Of a DNA stretch of 30,401 nt, positions 19,729 through 27,297 are shown piece after piece (position 1 is the first letter of the stretch; each line of letters starts with the position of its first letter). A program made the position numbers and the translations under genes. The stretch covers positions 1-30,401 of the forward strand of contig JASLXV010000099.1 of assembly GCA_030740155.1 (NCBI GenBank), in the 5' to 3' direction. The notes under the pieces are model-generated. The model did not search any database. It was not told the DNA's origin and saw only the letters and a program-made list of their open reading frames with translations. The stretch is from Dehalococcoidia bacterium. GTDB taxonomy: Bacteria; Chloroflexota; Dehalococcoidia; Lucifugimonadales; UBA3495.

Positions 19729-19923
19729 TCAGGTGGCCCCACACCCGACATCCAGCCCCCGGGCCCCTTCGGGAGTTAGCTCCTTCATCCTCCCAATCAG
19801 GTCCAGGTCGCCGGTGAGTCCCGGGTGAGAGACGTTGTTGTATATGGACTGTATGAACCCGTGGGACACTTCGGCATACCGTCGGGCGTGGCGGCTATAG
19901 AACTCTTCGGATGTCTTCTGCAT
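19729..19923 (-). pseudogene. Truncated class I SAM-dependent methyltransferase (N-terminal 64 aa)
   Basis: ATG 19923 with GGGAGAG SD; FYSRHARRY N-terminus and motif I LDVGCG followed two codons later by TGA; no methyltransferase-like continuation seen. Confidence 0.7.
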
Positions 19924-20202
19924 CTCTCTCCCGCATGGTAGGAAATTCAAGCCGTACCGGAGGGTGTGGCGGGGAAAAAGCTGTTGCGAGCCTATCGTGA
20001 CTCCCTCAAATTGGGTTCGACGGGTCCGCAAGTGCCTGCCTGCTGGGGCCGGATCTCCGTTGCCCGGTTGCTCGTGCGGTCCAGGCAAGGCCCGGGCTCA
20101 TTGCTCTCTGGTAGGTACTAGAACCCGACGCGGAAGTCAAATATTCGACGCTTGGGTGCCCCGGCCGCCGAGGGATGATGTATCATGTCTCGGGGGTGTG
20201 AC

Positions 20203-21888
20203 ATGACGTTGAAACCGAACAACCACGTCAGGACGGACGTCCTGGTCATCGGAGGAGGGGGAGCGGGCCTCCGGGCCGCCATCGAGGCCCAGGCACGCGG
20301 CGCCAGGGTGCTGGTGATCTCTCAGTCCCGCGTCGGCTATGGAAGCAACACTACGATTGCGGGAGGGGCCGTCGCCGCCGTCCTCAGCCCTTCGAAGGGT
20401 CGCCGTGATCCGCTGGATTCGACCGAGCAGCACCTGGCGGACACCGTTAGCAGCGGCCGGTTCATCAACGACCAATCCATGATGCAGACAGTAGCCGACG
20501 GAGCGGAAGAGGAAGTGGAGGCATTGCGGAATTTCGGGGTTGAATTCGCAGCCCCTGAAGCCCATCCTTGGTTACGCCTCTCCTACGACCCGGGTCACAG
20601 CCGCCGCCGGATAATACATGGCCAGACGTTCTTCGGGACTGATTTCACCTTTCCTTTGCGGCGGTACGCCCTGGCCCAGGGAGTAGAGTTCGGGGAAGGA
20701 CTCCTGGTAACCAGGCTGCTGATGAGCCGGGGCGCCGTGGTTGGGGCGATGAGCATCGACAGCAAAGGCGAGGCCGTCATGTTCGAAGCGCCGGCGGTGG
20801 TCCTGGCGACGGGGGGACTCGGCCAGGTCTACTCGCGTACCGACAACACCGGCGGGTCCACCGGGGACGGCTACGTCCTGGCATACAAGGCAGGGGCGGT
20901 CCTTCAAGACATGGAGTTCGTCCAGTATTATCCCGCCTGCATGGGCTTGGGATCACCGGCGCTGTTCTACGAGAGCCTCCTTATCGGGACCAAAGCCAGG
21001 ATTCTCAATTCCCGGGGCGAGGATATCGTGGAGAAGTACGGCCTTGCCGACCCGATGTCGATGACCCGGGACCGGCTGAGCATCGCGATCGGTAAAGAGT
21101 TGGACGCAAGTGAGGGCCTCGACGGCAAGGTGGTCCTGGACCTGGAACATTGCCCGCCGGACCGGATGGAGGTCATGTGGCCGGTCATGCCCAAGGCCGT
21201 CCTCAAGGGAGAGCGGCGGCTCGCGGTTGCTCCGGCCGTCCACTTCCATATGGGTGGTGTGATCGTCAACGGGCGGGCCGAGACCTCAGTGCCCGGCCTG
21301 TACGCCGCCTGTGAGGTAACCGCTGGCGTCCACGGGGCCAACCGGCTCTCCGGGAACGCGTTGACCGAGGCCTGGGTCTTCGGCGCCATCGCCGGCCGGG
21401 AGGCAGCCCTGCGGGCCAGAGAAACGGACGCCGGGCCACTGTCCAAAGATGAGATGTCCGCGGAAAAGGAAAGGCTGCAAGGGCTGACGCTGAGGCGGAA
21501 CGGGGAAGCGGCCAAGACCATGCTGCAGTCCCTCAAAGATAGCATGTGGAACAATGCCGGCCTTATCCGCGACGCCCACAGCCTGAACCAGGCGTTGGAC
21601 GTGATCGAGGGCCTGCAATCGCGCTTCGACGATGATACAGTGGGCGATGGCCGGAGGCCCCAGTCGGTGGTGAGGCTGGGCAACATGCTGGCCGTCTCGG
21701 AGATGATATGCCGCGCCGCCCTGTACCGGGGTGAAAGCCGGGGCGCCCACTACCGCCGGGATTGCCCCGAGCAAAACGACGCCGATTGGCTGCGGAACGT
21801 GGTGATCGCCAACAAGAACGGGAAGATGTCCTTGACCACCGAGCCGGTGAAACTGACCAAGGTGCAGCCGCCGGCCCGGGGAAGATAA
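20203..21888 (+). CDS. SdhA/FrdA/NadB-family FAD-dependent oxidoreductase (stand-alone)
   Basis: DVLVIGGGGAG, VVLATGG, STGDG, DMEFVQ, HFHMGG, HGANRLSGN, ESRGAHYR. Confidence 0.92.
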   Translation: MTLKPNNHVRTDVLVIGGGGAGLRAAIEAQARGARVLVISQSRVGYGSNTTIAGGAVAAVLSPSKGRRDPLDSTEQHLADTVSSGRFINDQSMMQTVADGAEEEVEALRNFGVEFAAPEAHPWLRLSYDPGHSRRRIIHGQTFFGTDFTFPLRRYALAQGVEFGEGLLVTRLLMSRGAVVGAMSIDSKGEAVMFEAPAVVLATGGLGQVYSRTDNTGGSTGDGYVLAYKAGAVLQDMEFVQYYPACMGLGSPALFYESLLIGTKARILNSRGEDIVEKYGLADPMSMTRDRLSIAIGKELDASEGLDGKVVLDLEHCPPDRMEVMWPVMPKAVLKGERRLAVAPAVHFHMGGVIVNGRAETSVPGLYAACEVTAGVHGANRLSGNALTEAWVFGAIAGREAALRARETDAGPLSKDEMSAEKERLQGLTLRRNGEAAKTMLQSLKDSMWNNAGLIRDAHSLNQALDVIEGLQSRFDDDTVGDGRRPQSVVRLGNMLAVSEMICRAALYRGESRGAHYRRDCPEQNDADWLRNVVIANKNGKMSLTTEPVKLTKVQPPARGR

Positions 21889-22132
21889 CGCCCGTTTTTC
21901 TCACCGTTTGAGTCTGCCTACCATGCCCTCGTGAGGTAACCACTCCCGTCCGGCATAACAGCCCAGAAGCTGCAGGGAGCCCCTCGTGAGCGCCAAACAG
22001 AGGGATGGACAGAAAAGTTGCAAATGCTTTTGCACTCAGGCCCTCCGCAACGCCATCCCGCCAGGATGCTCCGTATATCCACCTCCTGCCGGGTGGTAAG
22101 ATCTCAGTTGGGGATCCTGTGGGAGGGACCGA

Positions 22133-22606
22133 TTGAGAGTGACCGCGCTGGTTTTGACCCTGGTCAAGGGGATGGCTTCGCTGATGTGGACCCTGGCCAA
22201 GGGGATGGCGTGGCTATTGTGGACCCTGGCCAAAGTGCTGTTGGGTGCGATTCGTCTCGTGAGAGGTGGGCCGGGCCGGGGTGTTGGGCGTAGAATCGCC
22301 GGAAGGACCCCCGTTCGCGTCCGGCGGCAATGGGACGACCATCGTATCGGCGCGGTCCGATGGTCCGAATTGACCAATGTGCATTGGGACAGCGTGTCCG
22401 GCGGCACCCAGGTGGAGAGCCCGGAGCCGTACATTCATGCTTATGTTTGGTGCGATAAGGTCAAGGGCACCATCGCCCACTCGTGTATCCACGGTCCCGG
22501 CCCGCACAACATCAAAGTGTGCCTGGTCAAGAAGGACAATAGCGGAGAGGTTTGGAAGCGGATGTTGGAGTTAGCGGGGCCCAGACCGGCCAAACGTTTC
22601 TGGTGA
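22133..22606 (+). CDS. Hypothetical protein with N-terminal 11-aa hydrophobic repeats and a His/Cys-rich C-terminal domain
   Basis: GGAGG SD plus TTG start; C-terminal half has genome-typical GC3 codon usage. Confidence 0.7.
   Translation: MRVTALVLTLVKGMASLMWTLAKGMAWLLWTLAKVLLGAIRLVRGGPGRGVGRRIAGRTPVRVRRQWDDHRIGAVRWSELTNVHWDSVSGGTQVESPEPYIHAYVWCDKVKGTIAHSCIHGPGPHNIKVCLVKKDNSGEVWKRMLELAGPRPAKRFW
22156..22233 (+). repeat. 33-bp tandem repeat (about 2.4 copies), coding
   Basis: GACCCTGG(T/C)CAA starts at 22156, 22189 and 22222; encodes TLVKGMASLMW / TLAKGMAWLLW / TLAK. Confidence 0.9.
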
Positions 22607-22665
22607 GACAAGGGTACGGCCCTGAAGCTGAAAGCTAATCCTGATCGAAGGGTTGAATGACGGGC

Positions 22666-22693
22666 GAAATCCCCCTACATCCCCCTTTATAAA
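22666..22693. repeat. Left half of interrupted REP-like palindrome, including left TSD TTTATAAA (22686-22693)
   Basis: GAAATCCCCCT-ACA-TCCCCC-TTTATAAA is the inverse complement of 24689-24716 apart from a 3-nt internal loop. Confidence 0.88.
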
Positions 22694-22717
22694 GGCAATA
22701 ACATACTTGACACATCC
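22694..22717 (+). repeat. Left terminal inverted repeat
   Basis: GGCAATAACATACTTGACACATCC. Confidence 0.95.
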
Positions 22718-22735
22718 TTTGAACTGTGCTAGACT
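22707..22735 (+). promoter_or_regulatory. Transposase promoter with -35 inside the left TIR
   Basis: TTGACA-N17-TAGACT with extended -10 TG; AAGGAG SD precedes ATG 22760. Confidence 0.7.
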
Positions 22736-22759
22736 GAGCGTAGTTAAAGGAGAGTCGCA

Positions 22760-23704
22760 ATGAACGCACCAACCACATTGATGGAAGCAACCCGATACTT
22801 CGCAGACCCCGATGTTTGCCTCGAATACATGGTCAACATCCGGTGGCCCAAGGGAGTCGTAGCCTGCCCCACATGTGGTCGGGACGATGCCAATTTTCTC
22901 GCAGCCCGCCGGGTGTGGCAATGCAAGAGCAAGCACGCCAAACGGCAGTTCTCCGTCAAGGTTGGGACCATCTTCGAGGATAGCCCGATCAGCCTGGACA
23001 AGTGGTTGGTATCCGTCTGGATGATAGCCAACGCCAAGAACGGCATCAGCTCCTACGAGATTGCAAGAGGCATCGGCGTCACCCAAAAGAGCGCGTGGTT
23101 CATGATGCACCGGATTCGGTTGGCCCTCCAAACCGGCGACTGGCATGGCATGAAGGGCGAAGTCGAAGTGGACGAAACTTTCATTGGCGGCAAGGCCCGG
23201 AACATGCACAAGTCCAAGCGCCAAGCCATCATTAAGGGTCGCGGGACCGTCTCCAAAACCGTAGTCTTGGGGTTGATGCAACGGGGCGACGCCAACGCCA
23301 ACAGTACCGTCCAGGCTGAGATCGTCTCGAACACCAAGCGCAGGATTCTCTCTCCCGCCGTTCGCAGCCACGTTGTTCCAGGGTCCACCGTTTACACCGA
23401 CGCCCTCAGTTCCTACGCCGGCCTTGACGTGGACTACATCCACCAAGTGATTGACCACGCCCAGGCTTATGTGGATGGCAAGGTACACACCAACGGTATC
23501 GAGAACTTCTGGAGCCTCTTGAAGCGGGCCATCAAGGGAACTTACGTCAGCGTGGAACCCTTCCATCTGTTCCGGTATCTTGACGAAGAATCCTTCCGGT
23601 TCAACAACCGCAAAGACAACGATGCTGGCCGGTTCCACGACGCCGCCAAGGGCATCGCAGGGAAGCGCCTCACCTACAAGAAGTTGGTGGGGCAAACGGC
23701 GTAG
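22760..23704 (+). CDS. IS1595-family (ISXo2-like DDE) transposase
   Basis: RWPKG..CPTCG Zn ribbon, GTIFEDS, HTH (GISSYEIARGIGVTQKSAW), EVDETFIGG, YTDA, HTNGIENFWS, YLDE..FRFN. Confidence 0.97.
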   Translation: MNAPTTLMEATRYFADPDVCLEYMVNIRWPKGVVACPTCGRDDANFLAARRVWQCKSKHAKRQFSVKVGTIFEDSPISLDKWLVSVWMIANAKNGISSYEIARGIGVTQKSAWFMMHRIRLALQTGDWHGMKGEVEVDETFIGGKARNMHKSKRQAIIKGRGTVSKTVVLGLMQRGDANANSTVQAEIVSNTKRRILSPAVRSHVVPGSTVYTDALSSYAGLDVDYIHQVIDHAQAYVDGKVHTNGIENFWSLLKRAIKGTYVSVEPFHLFRYLDEESFRFNNRKDNDAGRFHDAAKGIAGKRLTYKKLVGQTA

Positions 23705-23727
23705 CCGTAAACGAGGGAGGCACAAGA

Positions 23728-23862
23728 ATGCCGAAAGACCACCCGCCACCAAAGCCAGAGACCGAGACGCCGTTTGAGCGGTTCCATCGGTTGATGCAGA
23801 AGATTGTGTCTGCGAAGAAACCCAAACCTGAGACACCGCCATCAAGGGGGTTAACTTCATAA
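23728..23862 (+). CDS. Small 44-aa ORF downstream of the transposase
   Basis: GGGAGG SD 7 nt before ATG; MPKDHPPPKPETETPFERFHRLMQKIVSAKKPKPETPPSRGLTS; below the ORF-track cutoff. Confidence 0.65.
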   Translation: MPKDHPPPKPETETPFERFHRLMQKIVSAKKPKPETPPSRGLTS

Positions 23863-24650
23863 CGGTTTCTCCGCTACCCTCGTGGACAGGGTTTGCATGA
23901 AACTGCGGGTGTTTTCAAAGATTTGTACGGCCTTGGACTCTGTGTACACATGCCCTGCGTGGGCCGTGCGGTTACGCCAAGCGTCTTTGACGTTAAACAG
24001 ATGGGCCGCCACATCAGAGTAGAACTGTTGATCGGTTTTTTCGTCTGGTGTTCCGTGGGGTAGTGCCCGCACAGCTTTCTCAATTTGCTCAATGGCGTTG
24101 TTCCAGTTCTCTTGGATGTTTGGAACACTGAGATTGTCAGCAAGCGCATACATCCCGAGTTCTAGTACCCGCATGAGATGAAATACACAAGCAGTGCTAC
24201 GGTCAAAGGCGATACATTGCGCAGCCTCCTCAATGTCATCTGTGGCGCGCGAGAACGCCCGTGCCACCACTTCGCCAAATTGATCAGGTGTGGTGGCGAA
24301 ATGAACCTTTTCCGGTTCCAAGAGGAAAATAACATCGCGTCCATTTCATCCGTGAGCGCTTGGGTCATATACACAGATGCATTAAGTAGAGATTCATTTG
24401 TTGCATCAACTTGATCGAGAATATCTTTCAGCCGCTTTGCTGCGACGGCGGTCACCCGCATACCAAGTCGTTGACTTTGATTCACAACCCACTGAGTGTC
24501 GTCTGCGAACTCTATTCTGTCGCTGTCCCTGAGAGATTGGTTAGAGCGCAACAGGGTCCGTAATTGTCCCAGGCGGTTTGAGAAATTAGCATAGCCTTGC
24601 GGGTCAAACTTCTTCAACAGCTCCTCCAGGGTGACGCATCCACTAATCAT
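23857..24650 (-). pseudogene. HEPN-like passenger protein, split by a single frameshift near 24326
   Basis: ORF 24650-24162 and ORF 24321-23857 join into one 264-aa ORF if one T is added to TTATTTTCC; C-terminal part has DIEEAAQCIAFDRSTACVFHLMRVLE and the Rx4H motif RNRTAH. Confidence 0.72.
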
Positions 24651-24664
24651 GAAGCATCCCCCCT

Positions 24665-24688
24665 GGATGAGTCAAATATGTTATTGCC
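24665..24688 (-). repeat. Right terminal inverted repeat
   Basis: Reverse complement GGCAATAACATATTTGACTCATCC. Confidence 0.95.
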
Positions 24689-24716
24689 TTTATAAAGGGG
24701 GACCGAGGGGGATTTC
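24689..24716. repeat. Right TSD (24689-24696) and right half of REP-like palindrome
   Basis: TTTATAAA-GGGGGA-CCG-AGGGGGATTTC. Confidence 0.88.
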
Positions 24717-24748
24717 CCCGATGCATTTAGTCTCTTCAAGGTCTGCCC

Positions 24749-25930
24749 CTATGCGGTTACCCCTGGGACCTTGAAGGAAGCGTCCATCCCAGCGAAACGC
24801 TCGGGCAGGAAAATCTCCAGCGGCGTGGTGACCTCCGCCCGGCCCTGGACGACGAAATCGGCGATTATCTTTCCGGTAATCGGGGCGAGGTGGATCCCCT
24901 TGTTGCGGTGGCCGGTGGCGAGGTACGCTCCCTCTAGGCCCGGCACCGGTCCGATGATTGGCATGCCGTCGGCAGATAGGGGACGTGGCCCCGCCAGATG
25001 GTCCACGACTTCCGCCCGCTCCAGGTCTGGGATAACGTATACGGACCGGTTGAGAATGAAATCGCGGCCCTCGGGGGTGCCTGCGGCGTCGAACTCCAGC
25101 CGCACAAGGTCGTCGTCGGTGTCGGCGAACCGGTTGGTCCCGGTGGCGCCAATACTGAGCAACCCGTCCTTACGGGGCGCGGCGCCGCCCCCGGAGGGAC
25201 GGTGAATCTCATGGGGAAAGGGATCTGGGTGGCGGACTCGGATCGTCTCCCCTTTTAGGGGCCGGACCGGAACCTGAAAACCGAGCCACTCCGCGGCTGC
25301 GCCTGACCAGGCCCCCATGGCCAACACCACCGCTCCGCAGGGAATCAGGCCACCAGGGTAGGAAACGCCGGTAACCTTGCCGTTCTGGATCTCCAGGCCC
25401 GTGGCCTTCCGAGTGAGGAACTCGGCGCCCTGTAACTCCGCGGCGCGGGCCTGGGCCAGGGTCAGCCGGTAGCCGTCGATCTGCGAGCTGCTGTCCAGAA
25501 CAGCCCCACGGACCACAGCCGGATTGATCCGGGGCTCCAGCTTGAGCAGTTCCTCGCGGCTGAGCCACTCGAGGGTAATATCTCCGTCACTGACCTCCAC
25601 ATCCCGCTCCAGAAACTTCAGATCCTCGTCGTCGAACACGGCCAGCAGCGTGTCAAACGTATGGAGTAGAGTGTCGATGTCCGTCTGCTCGTGGAGCTGA
25701 GGGACCACCTCATTCAGCAGTTCGCGGCCTTCCTTCGCGAACCGGTATTGAATCTTGTGATTCCAAACCATCTTCCACACCATTCCGGTCCCGTGGAGGG
25801 AAGCCCCTGAGCCTATGGCATTGCCGTCGATGACCGTTACTTTTATGCCTCGCCCGGTCAAAAAGTAGGCCACGGCGGTCCCAACGACACCCGCACCGAT
25901 CACCACGACATCCGACGATGAAGTGAGCAT
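24749..25930 (-). CDS. Glycine oxidase / D-amino acid oxidase family FAD-dependent oxidoreductase
   Basis: DVVVIGAGVVG, VVLAMGAWS, PVRPLKG, GPRPLSADGMPIIG, ATGH...GIHLAP; GGAGG SD. Confidence 0.9.
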   Translation of the reverse strand: MLTSSSDVVVIGAGVVGTAVAYFLTGRGIKVTVIDGNAIGSGASLHGTGMVWKMVWNHKIQYRFAKEGRELLNEVVPQLHEQTDIDTLLHTFDTLLAVFDDEDLKFLERDVEVSDGDITLEWLSREELLKLEPRINPAVVRGAVLDSSSQIDGYRLTLAQARAAELQGAEFLTRKATGLEIQNGKVTGVSYPGGLIPCGAVVLAMGAWSGAAAEWLGFQVPVRPLKGETIRVRHPDPFPHEIHRPSGGGAAPRKDGLLSIGATGTNRFADTDDDLVRLEFDAAGTPEGRDFILNRSVYVIPDLERAEVVDHLAGPRPLSADGMPIIGPVPGLEGAYLATGHRNKGIHLAPITGKIIADFVVQGRAEVTTPLEIFLPERFAGMDASFKVPGVTA

Positions 25931-25979
25931 TGCAACGTCCTCCTTTTGGCCGAACAGGGGATACTACTCGGATGGGTCC

Positions 25980-26417
25980 CTAATCCTCGGCTTTCTCCTT
26001 CGCCTTAAAGCGGACCAGGAAGCTGGCCTCCCCCAGGGGAGCGCCGTCGAGCAAGATGGCGGCGACATGGTCGCCGGGAGCCTGCACCGGTATCCGAAAA
26101 ACCTTGATCCAACGCTGAAAAAGTATCCCTTCCTCCCAGTCGATGCGTTGGGGTGGCGGCAGGTCCAAAGGTATTCCTGGGGCCTTGATGGCCACCAACA
26201 GGTGGTGGGAACCAGGTGGGGCCCCGCCGATGCAAAAGGCCAGGTGGAGGTCCAGCTCGGCCACCACCGGCCCGTTCGACGCCGGGTCATCCTCCGGCGC
26301 GGGAAGCTCAATCAAATCGACGATTCCCTTGAGACTCAGCTCGCTGTCCGGCCCCTCCTCAGTGTCCCGGCAGAAAAGTGCGTATTTCAGATAGGGCGGT
26401 GCGTCGCGGCAGGTCAA
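25980..26417 (-). CDS. Hypothetical beta-rich protein
   Basis: TTG start after AAGGGGGG; protein-like composition and GC3 bias; function unknown. Confidence 0.65.
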   Translation of the reverse strand: MTCRDAPPYLKYALFCRDTEEGPDSELSLKGIVDLIELPAPEDDPASNGPVVAELDLHLAFCIGGAPPGSHHLLVAIKAPGIPLDLPPPQRIDWEEGILFQRWIKVFRIPVQAPGDHVAAILLDGAPLGEASFLVRFKAKEKAED

Positions 26418-26612
26418 CGGGAATTTCCCCCCTTTCAGGTCATGGATGGGAAGTCGTAGCTGGGAAGTTACCCAATTCTAGCATGGAACGGGAACGACGG
26501 AAAACGGCTAGCTTCCCTGGTTCCCGCCGTGGCCCCCGCCGTTGCCAATCGGCCGCATTGCTGACAAACTGCCCCTACAAGCTGTTGGATCTTGAGACGG
26601 AGGCCCTTCGAG

Positions 26613-27239
26613 ATGCCGTTGTCCGAGCAGAAGCTTAGCCAGGGAATGACCACCGGGGAATACTTCGACCAGACCAGGGTTAACCGGCAACCGCTGATCG
26701 ACATTTACCAGGCCATCGAGATACCGGAGGAAACCAGGTCCTTCTTCGACGGCTTGGCCCAGCCACTGAGACTGGCGGTGTTCACCGCCGATTGGTGCGG
26801 GGACGCCATGAGCACCACGCCGGCCATCCTGCGCCTGGCCGAGAGCACCGGCAACCTCGGTGCAAGGGTCTTCAACCGGGACGAAGAGCTGGCCTTGACC
26901 AACAGCTTCTTGCCGGAAAGCCGGGCCGGCACGGTGCCGGTTTTCGTCGTGCTTGATCCCTCCCTGGGTGAGGTGGCCCGGTTCATCGAGACGGCCGGTG
27001 AGCTGGCGCCCGCCATAGACGCCATGAACGAGATCATTACTGCGGCGGTGGCCGGGGAGGCTCCCGAGGAAGCCAGGGCGTCGGTCCGTGGCAAGCGTAC
27101 CGCCTACCGGGTGGCCCACGCCAAAGAGTGGGGAGAGGTAATCCTGCACGCCTTCGGCCGGGCGGTGGCCGAGGGACTGGCGCTGCCGGCCAAAAGTCGT
27201 CCGGCGGTGGGCGGCACCAAATGGCCGCCCGAGGGCTGA
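26613..27239 (+). CDS. Thioredoxin-fold protein, monothiol WCGD type
   Basis: GGAGG SD; FTADWCGDA active site, cis-Pro loop TVPVFVVLD. Confidence 0.85.
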   Translation: MPLSEQKLSQGMTTGEYFDQTRVNRQPLIDIYQAIEIPEETRSFFDGLAQPLRLAVFTADWCGDAMSTTPAILRLAESTGNLGARVFNRDEELALTNSFLPESRAGTVPVFVVLDPSLGEVARFIETAGELAPAIDAMNEIITAAVAGEAPEEARASVRGKRTAYRVAHAKEWGEVILHAFGRAVAEGLALPAKSRPAVGGTKWPPEG

Positions 27240-27297
27240 GGCGCATGTCCCAACCGCCAGGCTCAGCAGATCGTTCAAGGCCCTGTGGGAAGCGCCA

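Larger units (their letters stand above)
22694..24688 (+). mobile_element. Complete IS1595-family insertion sequence with passenger gene (1,995 bp)
   Basis: 24-bp TIRs with 22/24 identity, flanking 8-bp direct repeat TTTATAAA, intact ISXo2-like transposase, lower-GC cargo. Confidence 0.96.

Noticed and set aside
19729..19731. TGA after LDVGCGAT as selenocysteine or read-through
   Set aside because: Downstream in-frame sequence is not methyltransferase-like, runs into a promoter, and this is not a catalytic Cys position.
22156..22233. 33-bp periodic repeat as CRISPR array
   Set aside because: Units are directly adjacent with no unique spacers, are in-frame coding, and no cas genes are present.
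22571..23860. 429-aa antisense ORF over the transposase
   Set aside because: Typical shadow frame of a GC3-biased gene; crosses the IS boundary; no recognisable motifs.
24749..25930. Assignment as thiO
   Set aside because: No thiamine genes or TPP riboswitch nearby, and the GH(F/Y)RNG motif reads GHRNKG; only the family-level call is supported.
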